64,000 bases of DNA, from assembly GCF_009914755.1 (NCBI RefSeq), contig NC_060946.1. The stretch is one strand, 5' to 3'. Below are positions 1 through 14,224 of the stretch, piece after piece (the first letter of the stretch is position 1; each line of letters begins with the position of its first letter). Under the pieces are notes generated by a model. That model searched no databases. It saw only the letters and a program-made list of their open reading frames with translations, and was not told the origin of the DNA. A program made the translations under genes and the position numbers. The DNA is from the human T2T-CHM13v2.0 reference genome, Homo sapiens.

Positions 1-1369
1 GTCAGGGGTTCAGAGAGGTCAGCTCCTGGGAAGTGCCCAGGGGGGCTGAGGATGGCCATGATCTGAATGTCCGCTTGGCTCACCAGGTGGCCCAAGAAGC
101 CCTATAGACGCTCATCCTTGGAAGCCTGACTCTAGGCTCTGTCCACCCTGAGCCAATGTCTCTGACGACCAGCAGAGTAGCCAGAATAGGTTCAGAATGG
201 CTGTTCAAGGGAGTGTGTTGGCGTGCAAGTGCAACCTTGAACAGGTGGAAACGTGTTTGTCATTGTGCCGGGAGCTCGGCCCGTAGTGGCTGGAGCAGCA
301 GCCAGAGGCCTTGGTCCAAGGCAGGGGCGCAGGAAGGACCATCCCTATTTCTCTGAGATTCCCGAGTCCTGTCCAGCTGGACTTCAACTGGGTCAGAGCC
401 ACCCTTTGGAGGAGTCCTCAGTGGTGGTTCACCCCCAGGAAATGCGCCCTTGAGTCATGAGGATGGCGTCGGACCGGTGACCAAGGCCGGGCTGTAATAG
501 AGAAAGCTCAGCAGAGCCTTGGACCCAGTAATGGAGAAGGCAGAGCACAGACAGGATGCCTGACAGGCTCTGTCTCCAGGAACACAGGAAGGGGGACACA
601 GGACATCAGGGACCTCCAGGAAGATGGCACATTGGACCCATTCTGGTTGCTCTGCTGGTCAGCAGAGACATCGGCTCGGAGGGGGGATAGACTCCACCTT
701 CCTTACACACTTCCTGCTCCCATGGGCTGCCCTCTGCTGTGTATCCTACTGCATGGCAGTGAGCACACCTGGGAAGGGCACACCTGAGCAAGCACACCTG
801 GGCAGGGCCTCCCTGTCCCAGGTACCCCCGCTGCACAGGGTCGGGATGAGTGCTGCTGCCTGCCCCTGGAGTGGGTCTGCAAGTGATTGTGGGCACAGGG
901 GATTCTGCTCTGCATATCTAACAATTATTCCTTCCCTGCAGTCCTCCCCAAGATCAAGAGTTGGGGGTAAGCAGGGACTCCCCCTCTGCAGCCTCAGAAC
1001 TCAGCTGCTTTCATCAAACCAACTCTTGCTGCAGGACCAGCACGAGGCCATCTGTCCATGGTGGGCCCTCTGGCTTCCAGTTCTTGGCAGGCATGCTGTC
1101 CAGCCAGAACCCCTCTGAGAAAAAGGTCAGTGTGCCTGAAACCCATCCCACGGCAGAGGGAGATGGAGGGACTTCAGTCCCAGTCTCGCATCATCCCACT
1201 GCCTACCCTGAGGCATCATGGGCAGCCACCAGCGTCTCTGCATGTAGCCCAGGACCCTGTGGCCATCTCCAGGGGGTGGGGGTCACAGTGTCGTGCGCGT
1301 GTCTGCACCTCAATGCTGAGCACTTTCTAGAACTCTCATAACTCTGGATGGATTGCACATGTGACCTTC

Positions 1370-1490
1370 CAGGCAGTGTCCCAAAGCTCTGTGTGTGCTG
1401 GGTCCCTTAATCTTACTACAATCCAGTAAGGGAGGGACTGTGTGACCCCAGCTGCAAAGCAGAACACTGAGGCACAGGGGAGTGAAGCCC
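1370..1490. mobile_element. MIR-like fragment
   Basis: Degenerate MIR-core-like text 'cttaatcttactacaatcc...agaacactgaggcacaggggagtgaag'. Confidence 0.4.
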
Positions 1491-2493
1491 CCGGCCCGAT
1501 AACGAAGAGGAGGAGCAAGGATGTGAGCAGACCTGCTGAGGTCTGGTGCGCTTGGCCACAAGCCATGCTGGAAAAGCGCTTGGGCTGGATGAGCGGATGT
1601 GAGCAGCCCGCAGGGGGAGGGTGCCCACAGGTCTAGGCCCACCTGGTGAGGAGGCCACTCTGCTCGCTGTGGGTGGGCGGGAGGAGGATTTTACATGCTC
1701 CACCCTTTCCATGGCGAAACACCCCTTCTTGTCCTCCCTCTCCCTGCCAGGCCCTGCAGTGACTGCTTTCTATGCCTGAGACCTGCAGAGAGTGGGTCAA
1801 TAGGGCTGGGAACAAAGGCCCCCACTGATGGGCAGAATGGATTTCTGTCAATCTGCAACCAAAACAATGGCTTTGCACGTGGGGTTTCCATGGGCAGGAG
1901 CTAGCCTCTGTAGAGAGCGTGAAGGGTTTGCAAACACCGGACCTGAGGACCTGGAGCCCAAGAGTCACGGGAAGAGCTGGGATCATGGGGTGTCACCTTC
2001 TAAGCCAGTGGCTCTCAGAGAGGGTCCTAGGACCAGCCATCAGCATGACCCAGGAACCTTCTAGAAATGCACATTCTCCTATCCCCAGCCTGGGACCCAA
2101 CCCACCTCCCCATTCCTGAGAGGAGATCAGGGGAAATGAGGAAAGCAGAGAATGCTAAGGCCCCAAAAGCCCACCCAGAGATGCCCCTCCTGGTCTGGAG
2201 AGAGTCAGTTTCTAGTCCATCTGGCCATTTGGAGGCTCAGGGAGGGGAGGACGTGTTGGTCTTGTTAAACACGGGACAGTGACCCACGCACCGTGTCACA
2301 GCCTGGAGGAAGTGAGGCAGCAGTCAGTGTGTCCTGGGGCCGAGGGCTCCCGGCACCCTGGACCCAGTGAGCTTCAAGAACACAGAGGGTCTGCAGCCCT
2401 CAGTCTGCACTCATGGGCCCGGTGTGCCCTCACCACCTCCAGGGGGCCAGCATGTGTAGCAGCGCCGTCTGGGAACTCCGGGTGTGGAATGCA

Positions 2494-2599
2494 GGTGCCC
2501 TTTGGGGTGATGAATCCCAGGCAGGATGCGGGTGCCCTGTGGGGTGTTGAATCCCAGGCAGGATGCGGGTGCCCTGTGGGGTGTTGAATCCCAGGCAGG
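2494..2599. repeat. 37-bp tandem repeat, ~2.9 copies
   Basis: Unit ggtgccctgtggggtgttgaatcccaggcaggatgcg starts at 2494, 2531 and 2568. Confidence 0.9.
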
Positions 2600-3651
2600 C
2601 TTTCCGGCTGCATTGCTGGAAAGAGGCACCAGGAAGGCACTAGTGGCCTCGGCAAGGCTGCCCTGTGAAGCAGGATGAGCAGCCTGGGGTGTGGTGTGTG
2701 GCACGTTGACCGCCCTGTGTGGACAGAGGCAGTGGGCAGCCAGGCCTGTGGGGTCCTGTGATCCCTGTCCCCCTACACCTCTCACCTGTGATTCTGCCAG
2801 CCTGCCAGGCCCCCTTCCTTCTCACCCAAACCTCCGCCCCTTCCCTGTTCCAGAGAGAAGCTGGGCTTTGGAAGGAGCTGCCGAGGAGATGAGACCTTGC
2901 AGCTACCTGGCCTTCAGCAGCATATTCCCCAGAAAGGAGCATTGGTTGAACTGGAGAAAGGCAAATAAGAGAAACAGGCCCAAATCCGTCATGCAGGGTA
3001 ATGAGTTGGATTTATAGAAAAGGAAACACAATATGATTCCGCGTAATGGCTGTTGACAGAGATTTGGGCTGTTTGTTCTAGGATATTAAATTGACAAACA
3101 GCGAGGGTTGCTGGGCTCCCGTCTCCAATTCGCAGGTGCCTGTCAAAAGGTATGCGTTTCTGGGCACCAATCAGAGGTGCAGAGATTTCCAGATAAGGAG
3201 AATGTGCAGAACGGCCTAGGAGGCACATGTGTGACCAAGATCTGCATTTCCAACGCCTCCCGAGAAACCCCGCGCCACAGATGAGCTAATCTGTGAAGGA
3301 AGCAGGGTGGAAAAGCTGCCTCTGTTGTTCCCAGAGAGAACAGGCCGCATTTTTAAAAATTTAATTAAGGCCTTAGATCAGGTTTGCGTAATTAAATTGC
3401 TGCTGTGAGTAAGCAGTGTGATAGATGAACTCCTCTCGGTGACACTCGGTGTGAGGTGAAAAAGGGCCCTCTGGCAGCTTCCTGGGTGATCCTCATGCTT
3501 TAAATTCCACGCCTGCATCTCAGATGTGAAAAATGCTCTCATTCCATGCATTGTTTTGTTTTGTTTTGTTTTTCAATCTCTGAAGAATGTTCTCTTCATG
3601 AGTGCAAGGAAAGAGGAATAAAACCTGGATAATTTCTGTGATCTCAGGACA

Positions 3652-3723
3652 TGTCTACACAGCCATCTAGCTGCAGATCCCGGCTGTCTACACAGCCATC
3701 TAGCTGCGGATCCCGGCTGTCTA
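3652..3723. repeat. 33-bp tandem repeat, ~2.2 copies
   Basis: tgtctacacagccatctagctgc(a/g)gatcccggc at 3652 and 3685, partial at 3718. Confidence 0.9.
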
Positions 3724-4078
3724 TACTGTGATGCGGGGACACTTGTCATTTCGGAAGGTTGCTAATGAAAAGTCAGAAATTTCCCAGAGACCCCACACAA
3801 GCTAGAAAAATGGGCCGTTTGCATGAGAGATCCTCCGTCAGCAATAATAACTTAGCAGGAGAGATTCCATACGATGGGAAATGATTGTTTGGATGGTAAT
3901 TTGCTTAGGGAAATCAAAAGGAGGGAGAGACCCTCATGCTGGAGTCAGTTTCCAATGAAAACCAGGAGGATTGCATCTGGTTCTTTAAGGTAGGCATGAA
4001 AGTTCTCGGGAGAAAGAGGAGGGAGGAAGGAGGGCTGGAGAGAGGGAAGGATGGAGGACAAGAGAGAGTGGCAGGTGG

Positions 4079-4261
4079 CCTCATCCCCGGGGCTCTTGGG
4101 CTGGAGCAGAGATCCTGAAAGCCATCGGGTGCCGACGAACCTCTGCTGGGGTCTGAGCCCTCATCCCCGGGGCTCTTGGACCAGACCAGAGATCCTGAAA
4201 GCCATTGGGTGCCGACAAACCTCTGCTGGGGTCTGAGCCCTCATCCCCGGGGCTCTTGGGC
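4079..4261. repeat. 80-bp tandem repeat, ~2.3 copies
   Basis: cctcatccccggggctcttgg...gggtctgagc at 4079 and 4159, partial at 4239. Confidence 0.9.
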
Positions 4262-5005
4262 CATGTGGCTTTGAGAAGTCGATGGACACATTTCTGGGGA
4301 ACAGGCAGAGAACAGGAGAAGCCAGTATGAGCCACCTGAGAGCTGGTGGGCAGAGAGATGCCTTCCTGAGGCGCAGAATCAGGAGAGTCCAGCTGGGAAG
4401 GGCCGGCCAGGGAGCTGTCCAAGTCCCCTTCTGGAGGGCTTCCACTGCCCTTCCAGGCTGGGCCTAGCACTCTGCAGTTGTCTGCCCCCAAGAGACGCTC
4501 AAGGTAAACTGAGGCCTCACTGAGCAGGAAAGACTTTCCTGTTAGGGCCATTCAAATGGGGTCAGCTTTTGAATGTATGGAAAGGCTCAGGTACAAAAGC
4601 TGTGTGGACCCCGTCTGTTGGCAGTGCTGAACGGGAGACCCATAACAGAGGAAACCCAAAGGAAAGGATGATTGTTGTCATTCTCTGAACCCCAACAAGA
4701 TGAGGAGCAGTCTCTGAGCGAGAACAGTGTCCCCCACCTCTCGTGGCCCTAATAAACACCTGTGGAAAGGAACCGCGTTAACTCTTAGAGACCCTCTCAC
4801 CAGAAACACCAAGGCCAGGCTGCCGGTTCCAAGGCCTCACAATCTCAGGGACGTTGGGACGCTCAAAGTGTGGCTTGTCCAGGTAGCAGTGGGCTATGAT
4901 CCACCTGTCTGTGGGCAAATGGGCCGTTGAAGAGTTTCGGGGAAATTTGCTATTTGGATGGATTAAACACTCACTCTGGAATAATACTTATATCAGAAAA
5001 TCTTA

Positions 5006-5323
<318 letters not shown>

Positions 5324-6384
5324 CTACAAAGCACGAGCTGGCATTTTCCACGTCTCAATGCACCCCTGGCCGCCCACCTCCCCATCTTCCCTGCTGGGTA
5401 TCCCTGCCCTCCTCCCTCTCTTGCTCAGGCCCTCCCCTGTCCCTTGCACACATAGCCTCTGGAGAGCTCTTAGAATCATGCGTTTGACATTTTTTTGGCA
5501 GCGGATTCAAGTGCACGACTCCACACTTTGGCCACAAATGTCTACCCACCAAATGAACTGGTTGGTGGGACACACTATCTGTTTGAATAGACATGGCCCC
5601 AACATCCTCAAAAACCAGAGACCAGAGCCACCCTCTAAACTGTCACAGTTTGAGGGAATCTGCAGCTCGTGCAGAAAACTGGTGGAGAACGCGAACTTGA
5701 GCGAAGGGTTTCTTCCCGGAGGGTGGGAAGGCTGCCGGGGTCAGCTGACGCTGGAAGTGCCCTCCCCATTTCCCAGCGCACCCGGTTCCAGGGTGATTTA
5801 TGGTTGTATTATTCATAAATCTGTTCAAGATGTAAACAGGGAGATTGTGCCTCCGTAAGATATTAATAACTTAATGAGTCTGTGCTATTTGTTTATGTAA
5901 TGGATAATAGGGTCTCTGCAGGGGCCAGATATAATATTACAATCTGGTAATTCAATGACTGCTGTTCAACACACACACACATAGTATAAGTTCGGATCCC
6001 TAATGGCATCGTTACCAGCACAGGTCTCCTCAGTGGCTCTCAGGAAATGCTTCCTCTGACAACTTCCCCAGTGGAGCAGTGACTCCCAGGGGCAGGCCAG
6101 GCCATGGGGAGCAGACCTGGCCTTGGGTCTCCCTGCCCATCCTCCCAGGACCTCTGTCTCCCAGGACTCTCGGGCCCCCACCAGCCCTCGGTACCACCCC
6201 AACCCTGCTGTGCTCAGCTGCCATGGACCCTGCCGGGGCCCCCACCCCACCACCGTCATCTGGTCATTTCTCCCCTGCCACCAGGCACAGCTGGACCGGC
6301 ACCTGGCCCACCCCCTCTTTCTCCAAACCCCACTCATCCTCAGACCTTCCTGGCCTGCTCCCTGGACCCCACCCTTTGGCTCCA

Positions 6385-6760
6385 CCTCCAACCGTCCCCC
6401 AGCATTCAGGCATTGGAGTGAGGAGCCCCAGTACCTGTAACTGTGACCTGGCTCGGAGGGAGGGTCATTGAACAGGTGGTTGAGTTAAGATGAGTCATTA
6501 GGGAGGCCCCGGATAGAATAGGGAGGTGTCCTATAGGAAGAGGTGATTTCGACATGGATAAGGAGCGGGAGGGAATGTGAAGACTCAGGGAGAAGGCAAC
6601 CATCTACACACCAGGGGAGAGGCCTGGGGCGTGTTCTCCCTCAGAAGGAGCCAGCCCCGCCCACACCTTTATCTAGAACTCCGGCCTCCAGAACCACGAG
6701 GCAGTCCCTTGCCGCTGTTTAAGCCCCCTGCGCGTGCATAGTACACGGCCCTCGGCCCCC
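6385..6760 (+). mobile_element. MaLR LTR (MLT1B-like)
   Basis: 'gttaagatgagtcattagg', 'tgtgaagactcagggagaaggcaaccatctac', 'cctccagaac...tgtttaagcc' resemble the MLT1 consensus. Confidence 0.65.
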
Positions 6761-7675
6761 TGGCCCCCAGTGGTTCACTCTTGGCTCCCTGGGCCCCTCA
6801 CCCAGGGAGGTTACAGGGAGGATACACTTAGAGAGCCCACGCTCTGTGCAGCCCCAACCATGGAGATCAGGCTGGTGTTGGAGCTGGGTACGGGGCCTCC
6901 CTTGGCACTGAGCCCCTGGGCCTCGATGCGCCCAGCCTGGTGCTGTAGGACTCAGGGCTCTCCTTGGGGTCTGGCAATTGCATAAACCCTACTGGGTGGG
7001 GTGGGTGGGGAACCAGGTGGCCATGGTCCTGGCCCTTCCCAGGAGGAGAAACAGATGAGCTGGCGGCTCTGATGTGAGGGGTGAGAGATGGTAAGGATCC
7101 CATCAGAGCGCTCTGCAGGCTGCCATGAGAATTAAGCAGTTTCACGCCCAAGAAGTTCTGTGCCTGTGTGCGGGGTTAAGTGGGGCAGAGGGTGCCTGTC
7201 CTGCAGGGGAACAGGCAGGTCCAGTTAAAAGACTCTGGGCCTTTTCCTTTCCCCGAGGGCAGAGGGGGTGGTCAGCAGTCTGTCCCCAGCCTTCTGCCCA
7301 CCCTCCAGCCCTCACCAGGCCCTTTTCCTCCCTCTCTGCCACTGAGGGGCCACAGCTCAGCTGTGCTCTGCACCCTGCCCCTACCAGCCTCAAGGGCTTG
7401 TGTCTATATCCAGAGAGAAGGGCGACGGCTTCCTTCAATTACATTCATCTGAAGTGAAGAAAAGAAAGGAAAAAAAAATACCCAGTCACCATTACTCAGA
7501 ATGACAAGGCTGCTTGTGATTAAGCTCTGAAGATGCGAGATCCTTTATTGAGAGATTCTTTCACTGCTCAGCTGCAGCACACAGCCTGGGAGGGGGCCTT
7601 GTCACTTGGGGCTGGTGACAGCCTCCTTGAGGCAGCATCCCCCTCCCTGGCACGCTGTGCCCTCCTGCCAGGGCA

Positions 7676-7870
7676 CAGAGGGTTTCTCATCTTGGCACTT
7701 CTGACGTTTGGGGCTGGGCCATCTGCCATTTTGGGCATCCTGATGCTCAGATCATCCCTGCCCCCGCCTACTGGATGCCAGTCACCCAGCAGCACAGCTG
7801 CCCCAAGTCCTAACACCAAAAATGTCCCCAAACCCTGGCAGGTGTTGCTTGGAGCAACATCCCCCCATCT
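7676..7870 (-). mobile_element. MER20 (hAT-Charlie) relic
   Basis: 'agggtttctcatcttggcacttctgacgtttgggg...actggatgccagt...caccaaaaatgtcccca' matches reverse MER20. Confidence 0.65.
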
Positions 7871-9080
7871 AAGGCGCCCTCCCCACCCCGGGCCTCACCC
7901 CGTCTTCCGGCATCGTGTCCCTCCGTGCCTCCCTTCTCTGGGCTGAGTCTGACCCCAGCACATACACCCCTCTTTTCTTCCCCAGGCTGTTTCCCCATCT
8001 GTAAAATGAGGGTGACGACGGACAACTTGCGGGACTAAGGTGGAGGTGGACTGAGGTTCTGACGGCCCCATCTGGACTGTAAGGCGAGGGTGCTTTGTAG
8101 GACTCTGCCCTTCTCATTACGAGACTTTGCACAGTGGTCCTACTGGATGCTGGATACACAGAGAGGATGGAACGTCTCCGTCCTCAGGAATCTGAAGGCC
8201 CTGAAGTGGCATCACTTGCATGGTTATGAGGGTCGTGATTGTCTCCCGATGGGCTGGGAAGGACCCAATGGCAGGAAAAGGAACACTGGCCACTGGGGAG
8301 AGCCCTGGCTAGAGCAGGACGGCCTGGGCTGAGCCGAGGTTGGCTGCTGTGTCTCGGGAATCTCCTGTCCTTCGGTGGCGCCAGGCAGTCATGGGATGGG
8401 ACCAGGGCTTCTGTGAGTCCCCCATGCCCATGGCTCCTCCAGTGCTGCCACCTGAGGACCTTCCTCCTGAGCCGACCTCCTTCCGCCTCTTTCCAGGGCT
8501 CCTCCTGGCTGCCCGTCTGCCTGGTAATGTCGGGGCTCATTTTCTTTGAAGATGGCTGTTGGGTTGCCTCTTTCCTGTTTATTTGTGAGCTGCAGTGTGA
8601 AATAGCTACTAATTCAGATTTTTACTGTGGATAAACAAATACAGAAAATTAACAGATGTGTTTTGCCGATGTACTCAGCAAAAATAACATCCATCGTGAT
8701 GGCAGGCATGGAGGAGGACGGAGCCATGAGGAGGCCGAGAGCCCGGACCCAACATCCACAGTGCGAAACCCGAGACATCAGAGAGGGTGGCAGAGTGTGA
8801 TGTGGCCAGGTTAGCCTCCTGGACCAGGAAGCAGAACTGGAGAGGGACAGAGGGCAGGAGCACATGGACCCCAGAAGGGCAGGGAGGCGGAGCCCCGGGT
8901 TGGACCAGGTGGCCATGAGTTCATCTGGAATCCAGCATGGCAGAGACCCCAGGCTGGAGGCCCGGGAAGACTCCGTAGCAGAGGAAGTTGGACCAGAGCA
9001 TGTGGATTTCAAAGTGCATCAGGAGGCCGAGGGCCTGCAGATATTTGGATCTCAGCAATGGAATGGGAACTAGACCCCTA

Positions 9081-9197
9081 AAGGCAGGACAAAGCCCCCG
9101 GGGATGCCCCAGCCACAGCAAGGCAGGACGGAGCCCTCGGGGAAGTCCCAGTCATGACAAGCCAGGACAGAATCCTTGGAGACACCCCAGCCACAGC
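9081..9197. repeat. 39-bp degenerate tandem repeat, 3 copies
   Basis: aag(g/c)caggac... units at 9081, 9120 and 9159. Confidence 0.75.
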
Positions 9198-9746
9198 TGG
9201 TTTCAGTGTCTGCATCCCAATTCAAGATGCAGAGAAACCTCCAAGTTTCTCTTGCCACAGGAAAGGGGGCGAGGAGAGCAGGTCCCTGGAAAGGACTGTG
9301 GAGGAGAACCCAGCAGGTGCGCCCCACAGCCCTGGTGCCTTTATCAACCCCTCCTCATACACTAGAGCTGGTGTGAGGGTGTGAATCTACTTCTGATTCT
9401 TGAAGCTTAAAGGGCTCTGCCCAGAGCCACTTCCCTGTGATGCTCTGGACAGCAGGGGCCTTATTCTGCTCTCTCCCCCAAGCTCTGGCCAGCACCAGGT
9501 AGGAGAGGGGCCCTGTGCTGGGCTCTTCTGACAGCCAGCCACAGGATGTTGGAGGGGCCCGGGCTCAGGCTTGAATGGAGTCCAAGCCCACAAGCTACAG
9601 GTGACTCCACAGAGTCACAGGGTTCTCACAGCAAGCGCAGAGCCAGGCCATGCTGCAGACACAAGCCCGGCTATATTCATAGTTTAGGGTTCTTCTGCTC
9701 ATTTATTTGGTTGTTTGCATACAGACTTTTCATTTCGCTTGTATTC

Positions 9747-10038
9747 TTTTTTTTTTTTTTTTTTGAGTCGGAGTATCACTCTGTCATCCAGGCTGGAGTG
9801 CAGTGGCGCGATCTCAGCTTATTACAATCTCCGCTGCCTGGGTTCAAGCAACTCTCCTGCCTCAGCCTCTCGAGTAGCTGGGATTACAGGTGTGTGCCAC
9901 CACACCTGGCTAATTTTTGTATTTTTAGTAGAGACAGAGTTTCACCATGTTGACCGGGCTGACCTTGAACTCCTGATCTCAGGTGATCCACCTGCCTCAA
10001 CCTCCCAAAGCACTGGGATTACGGGCGTGAGCCACCAC
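9747..10038 (-). mobile_element. AluS, slightly 5'-truncated
   Basis: Poly-T then reverse Alu body; TSD tgtattctt at 9740-9748 and 10039-10047. Confidence 0.95.
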
Positions 10039-10364
10039 TGTATTCTTACTCTATTTAGAAACATTCGCCATAGTCTCCTAATTTTAACAAGTAAGCATGT
10101 GGAACTTTTATCTTTCTTTCTTGCTGAAAATTTTTTTAAAAGGCTTTTACCATTAGTTTCCCTCCTCTGGGTCATGGTTTCCATAAACGTCAGGTCTCTG
10201 TCTTTCCCCCAAAATATCTGAACCCCTTTACTCCCACACACAATGCATAACACACACACAAGTATGTACATGGACACTCACAAGCATACACATACGTGTA
10301 GTCACACACATTCCCTTACGTGTGTGCATTTGCACAGGAATAAACACACATGCAACACACACTG

Positions 10365-10496
10365 ACACCCGTGCACGCAGACATACTGTCACACACCCGT
10401 GCACGCAGACATACTATCACACACGCGTGCACGCAGACATACTGTCACGCACCTGTGCACGCAGACGTACTGTCACACACGCGTACACACACACAC
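10365..10496. repeat. 28-bp minisatellite (~4.5 copies) in a CA-rich tract
   Basis: gtgcacgcagac at 10371, 10399, 10427 and 10455. Confidence 0.85.
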
Positions 10497-11768
10497 TAGT
10501 TTATCCCCTGGAGCCTAGAAAACCGTCGGGCAAGCACTGAAGAAACCATCGATGAATGAATGAAGGACCCTCTTCCTCCGAATGCAGGTCTGGGCTTGGG
10601 GAGGAAACATTCTCCACGGAGTGTATTTCTCTCATGTGAAAGGAGACACAGCCTCCTGGGAATACTTTAATTTGCCTTTTCTTTGAGAAGGGACTGCCAT
10701 GCAGACGGAGCTTTCTTCTAATCTAATTTTACCCCCAAATAAAATAAGACTCAAAGCATGTGAGAACTAGGGAGAAAATGGCTTGGTCCAAGCCTGACAT
10801 CCAGTGCCTGGGGAAACGGAGGGGCAGAGGGGACAGCAGGGATGGGGGATCACGCGCTTCAAGGCCTCTGTGCTGGCGGCCCTCACTCTTCCTGCCCATG
10901 CAGCCAAGAACGGGAGAGTGGCCAGGAGCAGGCAGCCACGTCCCTGTTTGGGGAGACGCCCCTGCTGGGGAGCTCCTCCAAGCCTGCCCCAGCTCCAATG
11001 CAGAGTCCCTTTATCACAAACACGGGAGTGAATTCCAGCTGCAGCAGTCATCGCCCCTGGCTCTCCTCTTGGGTCTTGGGCTGCTGTGCCAAGACCTTGC
11101 CTGGGACAGTCAGAACCCTGGGCAGGTGATGCCTGCACCTTCTTCGGGCAAAGCTACATCCAGCTCTTACCCAACCCGGGCGAAAGCAGTTGCCTGGAGC
11201 CTGGGGTTCTGGTGGACATCACAGGGGATGTCTCCGCCAGGTCCGCACCAGCCAGGTGGACAGACCCGTGGTGGTGACAGACCCCACGTCATGTGGCTGG
11301 GATGTGAGGGGTGTGTGTTGCACAACTGTGATTGTGGGGAGAGTGTGCAGGTCTGGATCCTCCTATTTTCCTTAACATCATCCTCTGAATATTTGCACTT
11401 GGAAATTCTTTAAAAACATCATGCTATTAGCTGCTTAAGGATGTATAGAGTACAGGCGATTCTGATTAATGCCTCTTCATTCATCTGATAAAAATTCACT
11501 GTTTTCTTCCATGGACATTCGAGGTGGCAAAAGTGAGGGGAAGGTAGATGGAAGAGAAGCCCACCCACTCTTCTGGAACATCAATCCCAGAGGGAGGAGA
11601 TGGATAAACAAATGGTCAAATAAGTGCACAAGGTCCTCTTTTGTCCGTGACATGTTACGAGAAGATAAGACAGGGTTATGAGGCAGAGATAAACCAGAGG
11701 ACTTTAGGCCAACAGCCATTATCTCCTGCTAAGTATTGATGGGTTAATACTTTGTAAAACGTCTCTGA

Positions 11769-12165
<397 letters not shown>

Positions 12166-12599
12166 TAACAGACATCGTTCAGGCAACTCTCACACCTGTC
12201 CACCCTCCGGAGATCACTTCCGGGAAGGCACTAGCTCACCTGAGCATCTACTTTCCTGTTCTGACATTGTCCTGTGGATTCCCCTGCACTTTGTTTTACA
12301 CGTGGACCCAAACCTCCCACCGCAGTCTCTGCAACAGGAACGTGACTCCACCCTCTCTGGGGACCCTCCGTCCTCCACAGGGTCAGGCAAGCTGGAAATA
12401 CAGTCAGATGTTTCTAAGCTCACATGATCATTTTTCAAATCTCCATCCGTTGATAACACATAAAGGAGGCAGGCACCAACTCTCCATAAAGCTTGATTTT
12501 TAATAAAACAAAACCCACCTAATCCGGGGGAGCCATGATGGCAGGTGAGCCACTGTGTCCCTCACCTGCGCCATGGCAGGCATTGCTAATCGGTCACAG

Positions 12600-13412
12600 C
12601 ACCCCAGTCCACCGTCCTGAACAACAGCAATGTTGGAAATGAGGAAACCATGCAAGGAACCTCATCAAGTAATGGGATGAAAGCAAGAAACCACATTTCT
12701 GAAATAACCAGCCTGGCAATGCCCAGCAAGGGGAAGATACACAGTGGTGGAAGCCACATAATGGCACGCCCCTGGCAGGCAGGACACCAGCACAACCGCT
12801 GGGGAAATTGTTTCAGTGGACAGGCCAGTGACAGCGAGGCAATTCCAGATCCGAGAACCGCAGGCCATAGAAGAAGACGGGGGAATGCCTGTGGCCCCGC
12901 TGTCCATGACGGCAAGGGTGTCGGCAACAACGCAACGCCCATTAGCTGTCACCAGGACAAGGTGGCGGTCACACCTGCATGGCTGCATTCTGCACTGGGG
13001 CGATGGGCACACCATGCCACACACATCCAGGAGCACGGACAAGCAGGAAACATCACAGAGAGAGGAGAAGACCTCGAGTCACAGAAGAATAGAGTCAAGG
13101 CCGTCCCATCTAAATAAAGTTTTATAGCATGAATGTGTAACGTTTATAGATAAAAATCAACATGGTGAGACTAAGGAAAAACAAAGGAATGGCAAGGATT
13201 CCATTGCCAGGATGGGGACTGCCTTTGGTGGGGATGGGAACAGACGGGGTGGCACTCAGGATGGTAGAGATGACACCACGTGCTTGTCCTTAGACTGTAT
13301 GGAGGGTTGGGGGTAGTCACAGCATCAGGACTCCTGACAGCCTACATCTGAGTCTACACATGCTCTTTTTTATCTACGAAATGTTTATTAAAAGTAATAA
13401 AAAATAAAATAA
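12600..13412 (+). mobile_element. Old L1 (L1ME-like) 3' remnant
   Basis: Degenerate L1 3'-end-like sequence ending in an A-rich tract aataaaaaataaaata; boundaries approximate. Confidence 0.4.
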
Positions 13413-13490
13413 GGGGAAAAGAAGTTCTATCTGGGAAGAGTTGCATCATTCTCAGAGGAGGGCATGGAAAATCGTTTCTTGGCTTTGAGA

Positions 13491-13522
13491 GGGATGACAG
13501 GAATGAGCCACCGCACCCGGCC
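13491..13522 (-). mobile_element. Isolated Alu 5' head fragment (32 bp)
   Basis: gggatgacaggaatgagccaccgcacccggcc resembles the reverse complement of Alu positions 1-32. Confidence 0.65.
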
Positions 13523-13866
13523 ACAAAATGACTTCTTATGCAAAGCTGAGACGCTGTCATTTATGGGTTTTGATTATTCATAGAACTAGAAAGCTCCGTC
13601 TCATACATTCTTGTGGAGGGCATCCCTCCCAACTCCTTTCCACACCAGGATCTGGCCACAAGAGTGTGGGGGTCACTGCCTGTCTTCTTGCTCCCATGGC
13701 CCCAGCAACAGAATGGCCCAGACCACAGTGGACGCTCCCTAAGCCCTGAGCCCGGAGAGCAGCGGCGTCTCCTGTGCAGTCACCGTGCCTGCAGCGGGGA
13801 GCTGTCACCTTTCCATTTTGCAGGAAGGGGAGGATTTGTAGAAAGGTGAGTCAGGCACACAGCGGG

Positions 13867-14224
13867 TGCGTTAGTCTGCTTGGCCGCTGCAACCACGGAC
13901 AGTCATTGTCTCACTGCTCTGGAGGTCGAGATAAGGGGTGGGCAGGGCTGGTTCCTTCTGGGGCCTCTCTCCTCTGCTTGGAAACACCATCTTCTCCTGT
14001 GTCCTCACAGGGCAGTCTCTGTGGGTGCCTGCATCCGCAGCTCCTCTTATTATAAGGATACCTGTCCTAGTAGATCAGGACCACCGTGTAACTTCCTTTT
14101 GCCAATTTAATCACTGCCCTCTCCCCTCCCAAAAGGCTCTGTCTCCAAATAAGCACATCTTGAGGTCCCAGGGGTCAGAACTTCAGAACATGAAATTGGG
14201 GTGGGTGCAATTCTACTCCTGACA
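13867..14224 (-). mobile_element. MaLR LTR (MLT1A/B-like)
   Basis: TG...CA ends; 'ttgtctcactgctctggagg', 'tcctcttattataaggatacc', 'tgtctccaaata', 'acatgaaattgggg'. Confidence 0.65.
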
